Position numbers and translations under genes: made by a program. A stretch of 64,000 bases of DNA from Microcoleus sp. (GTDB lineage Bacteria > Cyanobacteriota > Cyanobacteriia > Cyanobacteriales > Microcoleaceae). This document shows positions 31,203 to 43,730 of the stretch, in pieces. The first letter of the stretch is position 1, and each line of letters starts with the position of its first letter. The stretch is from the NCBI GenBank assembly GCA_042408215.1, contig JAYFMW010000006.1, positions 768,001-832,000 of the forward strand, in the 5' to 3' direction. The notes under the pieces are model-generated. The model searched no databases. It worked only from the letters and a program-made list of their open reading frames with translations, and was not told the origin of the DNA.

Positions 31203-32447
31203 CTATTTAAGCAGATCAAAAATTGACAACTGCTTAAATTCTGGTTGGGTTGACGCTTCACGGGCTACTGCTACCTTGGCGGTAGTCTTACGTCTGCCTC
31301 CACGTCCGTTTAAAGTCTCCGAATGCCCTCCGGCGACCTTAATATTAATTGCCGCGTTAACATCTCTATCGTGAGAACTGCCACAATTAAGACAAATCCA
31401 CTCTCTAACATTTAACTCTTTTTTGCCACCGCGAAAACCACAGCAAGAGCAGGTCCCAGAAGTGGGAGTCCATCTATCAATCATCCGAAAATCACGCCCA
31501 TACATTACCGACTTAGCCTCCAACATAGTTCTAAAACTACGCCATCCTAAATCAGAAATAGCACGGGACAATTTGCGATTTTTCATCATACCTGAAACAT
31601 TCAAATCTTCTAAGACTATTGTTTGGTTTTCACGAATAATCTGAGTTGATAACTTATGCAAAAAATCGGTTCTGGTATCTTTAACTTTGGCGTGAAGTTT
31701 AGCTAATCTTTTTCTAGCTACTTCCCTTCTTTTACTCCCTTTTTGTTTTCGAGAAAGATTACGCGATAATTTTCTTAATCCTTTCAATCTTTTCTTTAAA
31801 GGTTTAGGAGATTTGATCTTTTTACCATTACTTAAAGTAGCAAAGTCTGTTATTCCTAAATCTATTCCTACAGAATTATCATTCTTAGGTAATTGTTGAG
31901 GATTAAACTCAACTACAAAACTCACAAAATATCTGTCAGCGCTATCTTTAAGAATTGTTGCTGATGATGGTTTTGCTGGCTTGCCCTGAGCGTCGAAGGG
32001 TAATTCCCTGCTCCAAATTACTTCAATTTCACCTATTTTAGCTAAGTATATTTTTCGGTTTTCTCTTAGCTGAAATCCATTCTCAGTAAATCTTGCTGAT
32101 TGCTTGGATCTACGTTTTTTAAATCTAGGCGACTTAACTTTTTTCCCCTTCCGTTTACCTTTACAAGAATTAAAGAAATTAGAATAAGCTCGATCTAAAT
32201 GTTTTAAACTCTGTTGCAAAGGTACACTAGAAACCTCTCCTAACCATTCTTTTTCCTCAGTTTTCTTGGTTTGAGTAAGTATTCTACACAAATCACTATA
32301 TGATGGTTTTTTCTCTCCTTTTATATACTGCTCTTGGCAAAAAGCTAGGGCATCGTTCCAAACTACACGACAACAACCAAACAATTTGGCTAATTGCCAT
32401 TTTTGCTGGTTAGTTGGGTAGATTCGATAGCGATATCTTAATTTCAT
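31203..32447 (-). CDS. tnpB: RNA-guided endonuclease TnpB with an intact RuvC triad
   Basis: Likely start MKLRYRYRIYP; GIDLG, LEDL, CSCC/CLNC, DRDVNAA. Confidence 0.93.
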   Translation of the reverse strand: MKLRYRYRIYPTNQQKWQLAKLFGCCRVVWNDALAFCQEQYIKGEKKPSYSDLCRILTQTKKTEEKEWLGEVSSVPLQQSLKHLDRAYSNFFNSCKGKRKGKKVKSPRFKKRRSKQSARFTENGFQLRENRKIYLAKIGEIEVIWSRELPFDAQGKPAKPSSATILKDSADRYFVSFVVEFNPQQLPKNDNSVGIDLGITDFATLSNGKKIKSPKPLKKRLKGLRKLSRNLSRKQKGSKRREVARKRLAKLHAKVKDTRTDFLHKLSTQIIRENQTIVLEDLNVSGMMKNRKLSRAISDLGWRSFRTMLEAKSVMYGRDFRMIDRWTPTSGTCSCCGFRGGKKELNVREWICLNCGSSHDRDVNAAINIKVAGGHSETLNGRGGRRKTTAKVAVAREASTQPEFKQLSIFDLLK

Positions 32448-32500
32448 TGACTTAACTTGCCCTTTGAAATATACTCTAATTATAGAGTTAATCTTAGAAT

Positions 32501-32644
32501 ATGTCAAGAGAAAAAAAGATACAATTTAACGTGAACGAGATTGAATACCAAAGACTTAAAGAATACGCAGCAATTCTTAATGTTTCAATGGCTGAGGTCT
32601 TGAGAGACTATATCAAGTCTTTAAACACCAAAAAGCCGTCCTAA
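32501..32644 (+). CDS. 47-aa CopG/ribbon-helix-helix-like protein, divergent from tnpB inside the element
   Basis: Manual translation MSREKKIQFNVNEIEYQRLKEYAAILNVSMAEVLRDYIKSLNTKKPS*; below the ORF-track size cutoff. Confidence 0.75.
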   Translation: MSREKKIQFNVNEIEYQRLKEYAAILNVSMAEVLRDYIKSLNTKKPS

Positions 32645-32801
32645 AAGGACGGGGCTTTAAACCCAATTTTCTGGTAAAAAAATAGAGACAGGGAAGAAAC
32701 AAAATAGGGACTGGTTTTCAGGCCAGTCCCACAACATCTCGATCAGTTGTGGAGCAGGCCGGAAAGCCTGCTCTGAGCGTAGCCTAACTCACCACAGCTT
32801 T

Positions 32802-35267
32802 TTAAAGGCTCAAAGCGAATTCAGGCAATTTTGGCTCCGACGAACCATCGGGTAACACCTTCACTACACCGTTTTCATCCACATCTACGATCGCACTTTG
32901 ACCGTCTTTCAGCTTACCAGACAACATTTCCTCAGCCAGCACATCTTCCAACAACCGCATAATTGCCCGCCGTAAAGGCCTGGCACCGTAGCTAGGATTG
33001 TAGCCTTCTTTAACTAACAGTTCCTTGAACGCTTCTGTCACCGACAAAGTGATCCCCTGTTCCGTTAAGCGACTGAAAATTTCCTGCAACAAAATGTCAG
33101 CAATCTGCTTGATTTCTTCCTTATTCAACTGGCGGAAGACAATAATTTCATCCAGACGGTTGATAAATTCAGGACGGAAAAACTGTTTCAGTTCCTCGTT
33201 TACCAAACTCCGCACGCGGTTGTATTGAGAGTCTGCGGCACTTTCGGCAAACTCGAAACCGAGGCCGCCGCCGCCTTTTTCAATTACCCTCGAACCGATG
33301 TTTGAGGTCATAATTAACAGCGTATTCTTAAAGTCTACCGTCCGACCTTTAGCATCAGTCAAGCGGCCGTCTTCCAAAATTTGCAGCATCATGTTGAAGA
33401 CATCCGGGTGAGCTTTTTCGATTTCGTCGAACAAGACTACCGTGTAAGGACGACGACGGACTGCTTCTGTTAGTTGGCCGCCTTCATCGTAGCCGACGTA
33501 ACCCGGAGGCGAACCGATGAGTTTAGACACAGTGTGACGTTCCATGAATTCGGACATATCTAACCGAATCATGGCTTCTTCGGAGCCGAAGAAATAAGCC
33601 GCCAAGGCTTTTGTCAGTTCCGTTTTGCCGACGCCTGTGGGGCCGGAAAAGATGAAACTGGCGATCGGCCTGTTGGGATTTTTCAAGCCCACCCGCGCGC
33701 GACGAATGGCCCGAGAAACTGCGCTGACAGCTTCTTCTTGACCGATTAAGCGCTGGTGCAGCGTGTCTTCCATGTGCAGCAGCAATTCCGATTCCGATTC
33801 TGTCAGCTTGCTCACCGGTACACCAGTCCAATTTGCCACGATGTGGGCGATGTCTTCTTCGGTGACGATGGGAGAGGTTTTGATCTGGCTTTTGTTAATC
33901 GTAGCTGCTGCTATTTCCGCTTCAATTTCTAATTCGCGATCGCGCAATTTCCCAGCTTTCTCGAAGTCTTGCTCCCGAACCGCAGTATCTTTTTCTTTTG
34001 TTACTGCCGGCAGTTGCTTTTTGAGCTCTTTAACTTCTGGCGGAGTTTGCGAATTCAGCACGCGCACCCGGGAACCTGCTTCGTCAATTAAGTCGATCGC
34101 CTTATCGGGCAAAAATCGATCGTTAATATACCTGTCTGACAGTGTAGCCGCTGCTTCTAAAGCTGCATCGGAAATTGTCAGTCTATGGTGCTGTTCGTAG
34201 GCCGATCGCAAGCCGTACAATATTTCTATTGTTTCAGCCACACTCGGTTCTCCTACTTTCACCGGTTGGAAGCGCCGTTCTAAGGCAGCATCGCGCTCGA
34301 TGTATTTGCGGTATTCGTCTAGGGTAGTTGCTCCCACACACTGCAATTCACCTCTAGCCAGAGCCGGTTTGAGCATATTCGAGGCATCCATACTGCCTTG
34401 AATTGCCCCAGCGCCCACTAAGGTGTGAATCTCATCAATTACCAGAATGATGTTGCCGGCTGCGCGAATTTCCGCCACGATTTTCGTCAGGCGTTCCTCA
34501 AATTCACCACGGAATTTTGTACCTGCAATCAGCGAACCCATATCCAAGCTGATTACTTGTTTGTCTTCCAAAATTTCCGGGACATTTCTGTTCACAATCC
34601 GCTGGGCTAAACCTTCAGCCAGAGCAGTTTTGCCGACTCCCGGTTCGCCAACCAACACTGGATTATTCTTCGTGCGGCGGCCGAGCACTTGGATGACGCG
34701 CTCGATTTCATTTTCCCGGCCGACTACCGGATCGAGTTTACCTTCGGCGGCTAACTTCGTCAGATTTGTGCCGAACTCTTCTAAAGTCGGGGTTTTGCGA
34801 TCGGTACTTTGACGGCCTCCCGACACCGCCGCCACTTCTCCCACGGCACGAATTACCTGCGTGCGGACTCTGGAGCGATCGATTCCCAAGTTTTGCAACA
34901 CCTTCGCCGCCACCCCTTCAGCGTCCTGAATCAGCCCCAGCAGAATATGTTCGGTGCCGATGTAATTGTGGCCCAACTGCCGCGCTTCATTCAGCGCCGT
35001 CTCAAAAATCCGCTTAACGCGGGGCGTAAAAGGAATTTCCGGCGGTAGAAAACCCGATCCCCTACCGATAATATTTTCGATTTCATGCCGCGCCTCTTTC
35101 AAGTTGAGGCCCATTTCCAGTAAGACTTTTGCAGCGATGCCAGTGCCTTCGCCCACGAGTCCCAGGAGGATTTGCTCAGTGCCCACAAAATTGTGGCCGA
35201 GGCGACGCGCTTCCTCTTGGGCTAGCATTATTGCTTTAATGGCTTGTTCTGTAAAGCGTTCAAACAT
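32802..35267 (-). CDS. clpC: ATP-dependent Clp protease ATP-binding subunit
   Basis: MFERFTE, two Clp-N repeats, GEPGVGKT and [11 protein letters not shown] middle domain. Confidence 0.95.
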   Translation of the reverse strand: MFERFTEQAIKAIMLAQEEARRLGHNFVGTEQILLGLVGEGTGIAAKVLLEMGLNLKEARHEIENIIGRGSGFLPPEIPFTPRVKRIFETALNEARQLGHNYIGTEHILLGLIQDAEGVAAKVLQNLGIDRSRVRTQVIRAVGEVAAVSGGRQSTDRKTPTLEEFGTNLTKLAAEGKLDPVVGRENEIERVIQVLGRRTKNNPVLVGEPGVGKTALAEGLAQRIVNRNVPEILEDKQVISLDMGSLIAGTKFRGEFEERLTKIVAEIRAAGNIILVIDEIHTLVGAGAIQGSMDASNMLKPALARGELQCVGATTLDEYRKYIERDAALERRFQPVKVGEPSVAETIEILYGLRSAYEQHHRLTISDAALEAAATLSDRYINDRFLPDKAIDLIDEAGSRVRVLNSQTPPEVKELKKQLPAVTKEKDTAVREQDFEKAGKLRDRELEIEAEIAAATINKSQIKTSPIVTEEDIAHIVANWTGVPVSKLTESESELLLHMEDTLHQRLIGQEEAVSAVSRAIRRARVGLKNPNRPIASFIFSGPTGVGKTELTKALAAYFFGSEEAMIRLDMSEFMERHTVSKLIGSPPGYVGYDEGGQLTEAVRRRPYTVVLFDEIEKAHPDVFNMMLQILEDGRLTDAKGRTVDFKNTLLIMTSNIGSRVIEKGGGGLGFEFAESAADSQYNRVRSLVNEELKQFFRPEFINRLDEIIVFRQLNKEEIKQIADILLQEIFSRLTEQGITLSVTEAFKELLVKEGYNPSYGARPLRRAIMRLLEDVLAEEMLSGKLKDGQSAIVDVDENGVVKVLPDGSSEPKLPEFALSL

Positions 35268-35718
35268 ATTTTTTTCCCATCCTACTGACTTGGCGAGGGC
35301 TGTATCGCTGCTGGTGAGGAGCGATTTGGAACATTACACAAATTATATCTGTAAATTTTTGTGTATTTCCTTCAATATAATCTATCGCTGCTGAGGATGT
35401 GCCGACAGTGAGGAGAGCCGAATAGTAGGGGTGTGGTTGCCGTCCGCTCTCGATCGGATATTAATTGAGAATAATAGTAGCAAAGTGGCTTGATTCCATC
35501 AATACTATCATTTTATCTATAAATAGATTCTTGTACGAGTAAATAAAGCCTGATTTTTGTTTACCTAAGTACATGGTTTAATTAAGCATATAACGGTTGC
35601 CCTGTCAAGACTTTTGACGGTTGACGGTGGTCGTGCCGTTAGCCAACAGTCAACAGCCAACAGTCAACAGCCAACAGCGACTCGAATCAGATATTTGTTC
35701 AACTCAGAGGATCGCTCC

Positions 35719-38700
35719 ATGCAATTTCGATCGCAATACCAAATCCACTCCACTCTCCACGAAGGTATCGAAACGATTATTTACCTAGGAAAAATCCCGA
35801 CCCAGCAGCCAACAACCGTACTCAAAATCCTGAAAGCTGAATATCCCACCCTCGATGCAATTACCCGCATCAAGCACGAGTACCGCATTCGGGAAAACTT
35901 AGACGCTCCTGGTCTCGTTAAAGTCCTTAGCCTCAAAACCTACAACAACCGTCTGGGGTTGCTTTTAGAAGACTTTGGTGGCGAATCAGTCGATCGACTG
36001 ATGTCCAGACAAAAGATCGAAATCATTACTTGTTTGAACATTGCGATCGCCATAACAAAAAGCTTAGAATATCTGCATATTCAAAATATTATTCATAAAG
36101 ATATTAAACCCAGCAACATTATTATCAACACCCAAACAGGAATTATTAAACTGACAGATTTTGGCATTGCTTCGCGATTGTCTAAAGAAAATCCCCAAAT
36201 CAATAATTTCAACTCGATCACCGGTACTTTTGCTTATATGTCTCCCGAACAAACCGGGAGAATGAACCGCACCCTCGACTACCGCACCGACTTCTATTCT
36301 CTCGGAGTTACCCTCTATGAAATGCTGACAGGTCAATTACCATTTCCCAGCAACGACCCCTTAGAAATAGTTTACAGTCACATAGCCTCTCAAGCAATTT
36401 TACCCCATCAGTTAAATCCAGAAATTCCACCAGCCATCTCACAAATTGTCATGAAATTGATGGCAAAAAATGCCGAAGATAGATATCAAAGCGCCCCCGG
36501 ATTATTGGCAGATTTAGAAAATTGCTTAAATCCATTAAAAACTACAGGCGAAATTGCTAATTTTACGCCCGGACACTTAGATATATTAAGTCAGTTATTG
36601 CTCCCCCAAAAATTGTACGGACGGGAAAAACAAGTCAGCGAATTACTAGCAGCATTTGAACGTGTAGCTAATCCCTGCGATGAAAATTCTTTCGTTCCCC
36701 AAATCGAACTGATGCTAGTATCTGGTTATTCAGGTATAGGCAAATCGGCCGTAGTCAACGAAATTCACAAACCCATCACCCGACAACGGGGCTATTTTAT
36801 TTCAGGTAAATTTGACCAATTCAAGCGGAATATACCTTACGCATCTTTAATTCAAGCTTTTCAATCTTTGATTCAGCAGTTACTTACAGAAACTAGCAAA
36901 AATTTACAAAAATGGAAAGATCAACTTTTAGCTGCACTAGGCAATTCGGGACAAGTAATTATTGACGTGATTCCTGAAGTAGAATTGCTGATTGGCCAAC
37001 AGCCTGCCGTCGCTGAAATTGCCCCAAAAGAAGCACAAAACCGCTTTAACAGGCTCTTCAAAGAGTTGATTCATGTATTCGCGCAACAAGAGCATCCATT
37101 AGTCATATTTCTCGATGACTTGCAGTGGGCTGATTCAGCGACATTGAAATTAATTGAATTGCTGGCAACCGACCCTGAAACTAAATATTTGTTATTGATT
37201 GGAGCCTATCGGGATAATGAAGTTAGCTCGACACATCCTTTGATTCAAACAGTAAAACATATTCAGCAACATGGAACGATCGTAAATAATGTAGTGTTGC
37301 AACCACTAGATTTAGCAGAGGTAACAAACTTCATATCTGACACATTAAATAACTCAGCATTAGTTCAAAGTTTAGCGGAGTTGCTCTGGAATAAAACAGG
37401 TGGAAATCCATTCTTTTTGACGCAATTGATCGAATCTATTTATCAAGAAAATCTCTTAAAATTTGACTTCTTTAGTGCTTCATGGCAGTGGAATATAGCA
37501 GAAATTCAAGCTATTGGGATTACAGATAAAAGTGTAGTAGAACTGTTGGCAAATCGCATTCAAAAAATGCCAGAAGTAACACAAAAAGTCTTGCAATTGG
37601 CTGCTTGTGTCGGGGACAAATTCACTCTAAATGTTCTCTCTACAGTCAATGAAAAGTCTCCCTCAGTCACCGCGACGGAACTCTGGGATGCTTTGCAAGC
37701 GGGGTTGATACTTCCTTTGAACGAAAGTTACCTTATTCCTTTACTTTTCGATGGAGAAGAAGCAGTTAATTTAACTTTCGATACTTCACGAGTAGGCTAT
37801 AAATTTTTGCACGATCGTGTCCAGCAAGCAGCTTATTCTCTGATTCCCGACAGTCACAAAAAAGCCACCCATCTCAGCATCGGTAAATTGCTCTTGGAAA
37901 GTACGCCCAAGGATAAATTAGAGGAAAATATTTTTGATATTGTTAATCAGTTGAATGTGGGGATTGACAAGATTGATATTCAAGTTAAAAAAGATGATCT
38001 GGCAGAATTAAATCTGATTGCTGGGCGTAAGGCAAAAGCTGCTAATGCTTACGAAGCTGCTGTCAAATATTTGAAGGCGGGAATGTCGTTATTAGCATCT
38101 GATAGTTGGGTTAGTAATTATGACTTGACACTCCAATTATATGTAGAAATGGCAGAAGCAGAATGTTTTAATACTAATTTTGAGCGAGCAGAAGCTTTGG
38201 CTGAAGTAGTTTTAAGTTTCGCAAAAAACCAGCTCGATCGAATGAAAGTATATCAGCTACAAATACAGATTTTTCAAGCTCAAAGCCAGATGCTTAAAGC
38301 TGTTGAAACTGGTGTAGAAGTCCTGAAAAGTCTAGGAGTAAGCTTGTTAGACGAAAACCTGGCACTGCCTAAATTGCCGAGGCTTAATGATTTAGAAAAC
38401 CTGCCAGTTATGAAAGATCCCTATCAACTGGCAGCTTTGCAAATACTGATAGCTATCTATCCTCCTGCTTATATTGCGAAACCAGAAATTGTGTCGCCGA
38501 TCGTCTTGACAATGGTCAATCTTTGTCTTAAAAACGGTCATTCAGCATTAGCCGCTTTTCCCTATACTCTTTATGGCATGATGTTGTGTGGAGTCAAAGG
38601 TGATATGGCATCTGGATATCATTCTGGAATCATTGCCTTAAAACTGTTGGAACAATTCAATGCAAGCCAACAAAAAGCCAAAGTTTATGTAATGTTTAAT

Positions 38701-41040
38701 GGTCACATAAAAATTTGGAAGGAGCCTGCTAAAAATACACTTGCTTCATTTTTAGAAGCCCTGAAATTTGGTGTACAAATAGGCGATATCGAATGGGCTA
38801 TTTATAGTGCTAAGCACTATATTGCCAATCTATCTTTTGTGGGAGAGAGTCTAGAATATGTCGAACAGCAACAAGCCATATATATGCAATTTTTGCTAAA
38901 AAATAAACACGATTTTGCCATAGGTTATGCTAAAATTTGGCAAGTAATGGCTTCAAGCTTAAGAAGCAAAACAGCAGAGCAACTACGGTTAGTTAGCGGC
39001 GGGTTGGATGAAGCTGCTGTGATGTCGCGTTGGCAGAAAGAAAATAATCGAATGTCGCTGTTTGCTGCTTATGTAGCTAAATTGATGATCCTTTACTTGT
39101 TTAAAGATTATGCTCCGGCTGTTGCCAGCGCTAAGTTAGCAGTAGAATATGCAGATGGGGCGATCGGCTTGATAACTGTTGGGGTACACAATTTCTACTA
39201 TTCGCTGGCTCTCCTCGCTCAGTACCCCCAGACAGACCAGACAGAATCTTTAGCTATTGTTGAATCCAATCAGGCAAAAATGAAGCTGTGGGCAGATCAT
39301 GCACCCATGAATTATCAGCACAAGTACGAGTTAGTCGAAGCTGAAAAAGCGCGAGTATTAGGCAACAAGCTAGAAGCAATGGATTATTATGACTTAGCTA
39401 TTAAAGGAGCGGCTGCTAACGATTACATCCAAGAAGAAGCATTAGCTTGCGAATTAGCTGGAGACTTTTATCAATCTTTGGATAAAGAAATAATTGCTAG
39501 AGCTTATCTGGATAAAGCTTATTATGCCTACATACACTGGGGAGCTATAGCCAAAGTTAAAGACTTAGAATCTCGCTATGATTATTTAGTCGATCGCAGG
39601 CGAGAAACCATGTCTAAAAATGTCACAGATGCCACTGTTATAACCACTACTAACAATAGTTATTTTCTTGATATATCAACAGTTGTCAAAGCATCTCAAG
39701 CTCTTTCCGGTGAAGTTGTTCTCAGTCGTTTGTTAGAAAAACTCCTATACATTGTTAGGGAAAATGCCGGGGCTCAGAAAATACTATTTCTTGCCAATAC
39801 AGGTCATCAATTAGCAATAGAAGCTGTACTTGTCGGTGACAAAAATGATGTTACTGTGTTGCAATCTCTGCCAATTGCCGAAGGCGGAATGTTGCCAGTT
39901 TCCTTGATTAACTATGTCGAAAGAACTCGATTTCCCTTAGTTTTAGACGATGCTAGCCTCGCCGAACAATTCAAATTTGACCCTTATATTACGCTCAATC
40001 AACCCCTATCTATCCTGGTATTGCCAATTATTCATCAAGGCAATCTTAAGGGAATATTTTATTTAGAAAATAATCTGACAAAAGGTGCTTTTACTAAGGA
40101 AAGGTTAGAAGTTTTGAAAATGCTGTCTGCACAAGCAGCTATCTCTCTAGAAAATGCCAGTTTTTATACTGTTCTGGAAACGCGAGTAGCAGAAAGAACT
40201 CAGGAATTACAAGCCACTTTATCCGAGCTACGTCGCACTCAAGTGCAGTTAATTCAAAGTGAAAAAATGTCTAGTCTAGGGCAATTAGTAGGGGGAATTG
40301 CTCACGAAATTAATAACCCGATTAATTTTATTTATGGAAATTTACATTACAGCGATCGATATGCTAAAGATTTGGTTGATTTATTGCTTCTCTACCAGAA
40401 ATATTACCCAAATACGGTGCAGGAAATAGTAGAGAAAAGTGAGGAAATAGAGTTAGAATTTTTGATAGAAGATTTTTATAAAATGATTGATTCAATGAAA
40501 GTTGGTGCGGCGAGAGTTCGCGACATTGTGCTGTCGCTGCGAAATTTTTCCCGACTTGATGAATCAGATAAAAAACGGGTTAATATCCACGAAGGTATCG
40601 ACAGCACGTTGATGATTTTGCAGAAAAAATTAAGTGCAATTACAGTGATTAAGGAGTACGCAAACTTGCCTTTTGTGAACTGCTATGCGGGAGAAATTAA
40701 TCAGGTATTTATGAATTTACTCCTGAATGCTATTGATGCTTTGTCTCACGGAATTGGGAACAAAGTTGACCCGACACAGCATCCGACAATTTGGATTTGT
40801 ACTGAAGTCGCGGCAGGAAATCAAGTGGCGATTCGGATTGCTGATAATGGTGTGGGGATGAGTTCGGAGGTGCTGGGTAAAATATTCGATCCGTTTTTTA
40901 CTACTAAACCGGTAGGTAAGGGGACTGGTTTGGGATTGTCTATCAGTTATCAAATTGTGGTTGAACAGCATGGAGGAAAGTTAATTTGCAAGTCGGAACC
41001 CGGAGAGGGAACCGAGTTTAAGATTATGCTTTTCTACTGA
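35719..41040 (+). CDS. Hybrid Ser/Thr kinase - AAA ATPase - GAF - histidine kinase (HstK/Pkn-type)
   Basis: [54 protein letters not shown]; likely start MQFRSQ. Confidence 0.92.
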   Translation: MQFRSQYQIHSTLHEGIETIIYLGKIPTQQPTTVLKILKAEYPTLDAITRIKHEYRIRENLDAPGLVKVLSLKTYNNRLGLLLEDFGGESVDRLMSRQKIEIITCLNIAIAITKSLEYLHIQNIIHKDIKPSNIIINTQTGIIKLTDFGIASRLSKENPQINNFNSITGTFAYMSPEQTGRMNRTLDYRTDFYSLGVTLYEMLTGQLPFPSNDPLEIVYSHIASQAILPHQLNPEIPPAISQIVMKLMAKNAEDRYQSAPGLLADLENCLNPLKTTGEIANFTPGHLDILSQLLLPQKLYGREKQVSELLAAFERVANPCDENSFVPQIELMLVSGYSGIGKSAVVNEIHKPITRQRGYFISGKFDQFKRNIPYASLIQAFQSLIQQLLTETSKNLQKWKDQLLAALGNSGQVIIDVIPEVELLIGQQPAVAEIAPKEAQNRFNRLFKELIHVFAQQEHPLVIFLDDLQWADSATLKLIELLATDPETKYLLLIGAYRDNEVSSTHPLIQTVKHIQQHGTIVNNVVLQPLDLAEVTNFISDTLNNSALVQSLAELLWNKTGGNPFFLTQLIESIYQENLLKFDFFSASWQWNIAEIQAIGITDKSVVELLANRIQKMPEVTQKVLQLAACVGDKFTLNVLSTVNEKSPSVTATELWDALQAGLILPLNESYLIPLLFDGEEAVNLTFDTSRVGYKFLHDRVQQAAYSLIPDSHKKATHLSIGKLLLESTPKDKLEENIFDIVNQLNVGIDKIDIQVKKDDLAELNLIAGRKAKAANAYEAAVKYLKAGMSLLASDSWVSNYDLTLQLYVEMAEAECFNTNFERAEALAEVVLSFAKNQLDRMKVYQLQIQIFQAQSQMLKAVETGVEVLKSLGVSLLDENLALPKLPRLNDLENLPVMKDPYQLAALQILIAIYPPAYIAKPEIVSPIVLTMVNLCLKNGHSALAAFPYTLYGMMLCGVKGDMASGYHSGIIALKLLEQFNASQQKAKVYVMFNGHIKIWKEPAKNTLASFLEALKFGVQIGDIEWAIYSAKHYIANLSFVGESLEYVEQQQAIYMQFLLKNKHDFAIGYAKIWQVMASSLRSKTAEQLRLVSGGLDEAAVMSRWQKENNRMSLFAAYVAKLMILYLFKDYAPAVASAKLAVEYADGAIGLITVGVHNFYYSLALLAQYPQTDQTESLAIVESNQAKMKLWADHAPMNYQHKYELVEAEKARVLGNKLEAMDYYDLAIKGAAANDYIQEEALACELAGDFYQSLDKEIIARAYLDKAYYAYIHWGAIAKVKDLESRYDYLVDRRRETMSKNVTDATVITTTNNSYFLDISTVVKASQALSGEVVLSRLLEKLLYIVRENAGAQKILFLANTGHQLAIEAVLVGDKNDVTVLQSLPIAEGGMLPVSLINYVERTRFPLVLDDASLAEQFKFDPYITLNQPLSILVLPIIHQGNLKGIFYLENNLTKGAFTKERLEVLKMLSAQAAISLENASFYTVLETRVAERTQELQATLSELRRTQVQLIQSEKMSSLGQLVGGIAHEINNPINFIYGNLHYSDRYAKDLVDLLLLYQKYYPNTVQEIVEKSEEIELEFLIEDFYKMIDSMKVGAARVRDIVLSLRNFSRLDESDKKRVNIHEGIDSTLMILQKKLSAITVIKEYANLPFVNCYAGEINQVFMNLLLNAIDALSHGIGNKVDPTQHPTIWICTEVAAGNQVAIRIADNGVGMSSEVLGKIFDPFFTTKPVGKGTGLGLSISYQIVVEQHGGKLICKSEPGEGTEFKIMLFY

Positions 41041-41205
41041 TTTAATTTTTCTTAAATTTCGGAACAGAAGAGCAGATATTGATTCCGGTTGCACTCAGAG
41101 ATGATTGTTGATTGTTGACGGTTGACAGCAAGTCTAAAAAATGAAAATTTCTAGATGTTTAGTGGTAACATAACTCGAATTGGTAATTCCGATGCTAGCG
41201 GATTT

Positions 41206-41572
41206 GATATGACAGGTGGTATTCTTGAGCAGGGAGTTGCTTTGATAGCACCGGGAGATGATCGTAGGGTGTTAGAAAAACACGGTTTTGGAGTGCAAAT
41301 TCGCACTAATCAACAGCCGCCAGAAAATTATTGTCGCCCTGCGGTTGATGTGTTGTTTCGATCGACTGCTAAGATTTACCGTGGGGGCGTTTTAGCTTTA
41401 GTGCTGACGGGGATGAACAAGATGGACTTCACGGCTGCGAGGGTATTCGGGAAGCTGGAGGCCAAATTCTAGTTCAGGATGAGGCTACTAGCGTGGTTTG
41501 GGGTATGCTGGGAAGTGTGGCTAATTCTGGGAAGGGCCGATCGAGTGGTATCCTTGGAAGCAATGGCAGGCT
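41206..41572 (+). pseudogene. C-terminal remnant of a CheB methylesterase
   Basis: IAPGD...CRPAVDVLFRS...VLTGM, then a frameshifted [13 protein letters not shown]; no N-terminus. Confidence 0.75.
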
Positions 41573-41725
41573 AAATTATCGATCGAGTCAGGCGATTTTA
41601 GATTTTAGATTTTAGATTTTAGATTTTTTTATTTGTTGTTTGTCATTTGTGAGGGGCTACCAATTCCCGATGCCCGATGCCCAATTGCCAATTACCAATG
41701 CCCAATTCCCAATTCCCAATTACCA

Positions 41726-42823
41726 ATGTCTAGACCAACATTATACATCGCTATTACCAATCACGGATTCGGCCACGCTGTTCGCGTTTCATCAGTAGCA
41801 GCAAAAATTCAAGAATTAAATCCAGATATTTTATTGATTATAGCGACAACTGCGCCCCGCTGGTTGTTAGAATCATACATTGGCGGCGATTTTATCCTCC
41901 GCCCGCGCGGTTTTGATGTGGGAGTCGTGCAATCTGATAGTTTGAATATGGATTTAGACTTGACACTGGAAAAATTGCGGGAAATTCGGAAAAAGCAAAA
42001 TTCCCTAATTGCTAGCGAAGTTAATTTTATTAAACAAAATCGGGTGGGTTTGGTACTGGCAGATATTCCCCCTTTGATGACAAGGATTGCTAAGGCTGCT
42101 GGCGTTCCTTGCTGGATGATGAGTAACTTTGGCTGGGATTTTATTTATCGAGATTGGGGCGGGGAATTTGGAGAAATAGTGGATTGGATTGGTGAGTGTT
42201 TCGGAATGTGCGATCGGCTTTTTCGTCTCCCTTTGCACGAATCGATGTCGTTTTTCCCAAATATTGAAGATGTTGGCTTAACTGGTGGCAATCCTCGGTA
42301 TAGTAACGATAAAATTAGGGACTTATTCAGAATCGAAACACCGCCAGAAAAAACTGTATTGTTGACTTTTGGTGGACTGGGTTTGGAGGACATTCCTTAT
42401 CACAATTTACAAAAATTTAGCGATCGCCAATTTATTACTTTTGATGCCGCGGCTCCTGATTTGCCAAATTTGATTAGAGTCAAGAGTCAGGAGTTCGCAA
42501 AGTCTTTCCCAATTTTACCGCGTCCTGTTGATGTGATGCCTGTCTGCGGGCGGTTGATTTCCAAACCGGGATACAGCACTTTTTCCGAAGCTTTGCGTTT
42601 GTCCATACCTGTTGTTTCTATTATGAGAGAAGGTTTTGCAGAAGCTCAGGTGTTGCTCGAAGGGATTCAAAATTATGCAGAACATCAAATTGTGACGGAT
42701 GGGGAGTTTTTTGAGGGGGATTGGGAGTTTTTGCGAAAACCGATGAATCCGCCGCGGTTGTCGGAAAAATTGGATAGAAATGGTACGGAGGCGATCGCCC
42801 AAGCTGTTGTTGACTATTTTTAA
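41726..42823 (+). CDS. GT-B fold glycosyltransferase-like protein
   Basis: ITNHGFGHA, ADIPP, SNFGWD, TFGG, SKPGYST; likely start MSRPTL. Confidence 0.8.
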   Translation: MSRPTLYIAITNHGFGHAVRVSSVAAKIQELNPDILLIIATTAPRWLLESYIGGDFILRPRGFDVGVVQSDSLNMDLDLTLEKLREIRKKQNSLIASEVNFIKQNRVGLVLADIPPLMTRIAKAAGVPCWMMSNFGWDFIYRDWGGEFGEIVDWIGECFGMCDRLFRLPLHESMSFFPNIEDVGLTGGNPRYSNDKIRDLFRIETPPEKTVLLTFGGLGLEDIPYHNLQKFSDRQFITFDAAAPDLPNLIRVKSQEFAKSFPILPRPVDVMPVCGRLISKPGYSTFSEALRLSIPVVSIMREGFAEAQVLLEGIQNYAEHQIVTDGEFFEGDWEFLRKPMNPPRLSEKLDRNGTEAIAQAVVDYF

Positions 42824-43106
42824 TATAGCAGAAGGAAGTTCGGCAACGGATTCGCTCCACGGATGTAACGGATGTAACGGATGTAACGGAGGTCAGTCAG
42901 AAGGAAGAAAGCCCTTCGACACTTCGGCTTACTTCGACACAACGACTGCGTTTACCCGATCGCGTAGCGGTGCCCGCTCGCGTAGTCGAAGGGTCGAAGG
43001 GCAGTGCGACGCTTCGCGATCGGGTACAAAGAAGTAAGATGTAACAATAGGAGAAGATTTCTGCAATAGTCTCATTGAAAATCTAAAATCCAAAATCTAA
43101 AATCTC

Positions 43107-43523
43107 ATGACTCATTACCAACAGATATTCAAAATTAAAACTACAGGTAAGTCTCTGTGCAAAATTACCGATCAGGTAGAAAATGTGGTAGCCAATTCCG
43201 GTATTAAAATGGGACTTTGTACCTTATTTTTGCGCCATACTTCTGCTAGCTTGCTGATTCAAGAAAATGCTGACCCCGATGTACTTAAAGATTTAGCCAA
43301 CTTTTTAGCTAAACTGGTACCAGAGGGTGCAAGCTATATTCACGATGCGGAAGGCCCAGACGATATGCCGGCTCACATTCGCACTGCGTTGACTCATACT
43401 TCCGAACAAATTCCGATCGATCGCGGTAGGTTACTGTTAGGAACTTGGCAAGGAATTTACCTGTGGGAACACCGCCAGCGGGGATACATTCGCGAACTCG
43501 TAGTTCATATCAGCGGTAGTTGA
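43107..43523 (+). CDS. yjbQ: YjbQ / UPF0047 family protein
   Basis: HTSASLLIQENADPDV, EGPDDMPAH, LGTWQGIYLWEHR. Confidence 0.92.
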   Translation: MTHYQQIFKIKTTGKSLCKITDQVENVVANSGIKMGLCTLFLRHTSASLLIQENADPDVLKDLANFLAKLVPEGASYIHDAEGPDDMPAHIRTALTHTSEQIPIDRGRLLLGTWQGIYLWEHRQRGYIRELVVHISGS

Positions 43524-43526
43524 CAA

Positions 43527-43730
43527 AGGGCATGGGGCATGGGGCATGGGGCATGGGTAATTGGTAATTGGTAATTGGTAATTGGTAATTGGTAATTGGT
43601 AATTGGTAACTGCTCATTTGTTATTGGTATCCCCTTACAAATAACAAATAACAAATGACTACTGACTACTGACTACTGACTACTGACTACTGACTACTGA
43701 CTACTGACTACTGACTACTGACTACTGACT
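43527..43730. repeat. STRR heptamer tracts between convergent genes
   Basis: (GGGCATG)n, (GGTAATT)n, (ACAAATA)n, (ACTGACT)n. Confidence 0.9.

Larger units (their letters stand above)
31165..32673 (-). mobile_element. IS200/IS605 tnpB element without tnpA, apparently intact
   Basis: Minus strand TTAC|CAGAAAATTGGGTTTAAAGCCCCGTCCTTTTAGGACGGC ... GGAATCCCCGTACCTTTAGGTCGGGGTGGATGTCAA|. Confidence 0.92.

Noticed and set aside
33025..35394. Many antisense ORFs over clpC (also over gshA, gltD and chlH)
   Set aside because: Shadow ORFs of conserved genes with no independent evidence.
35614..35718. N-terminal extension of the hybrid kinase (likewise 24735-24827 and 41633-41725)
   Set aside because: Made of heptamer STRR repeats; downstream ATGs are better starts.
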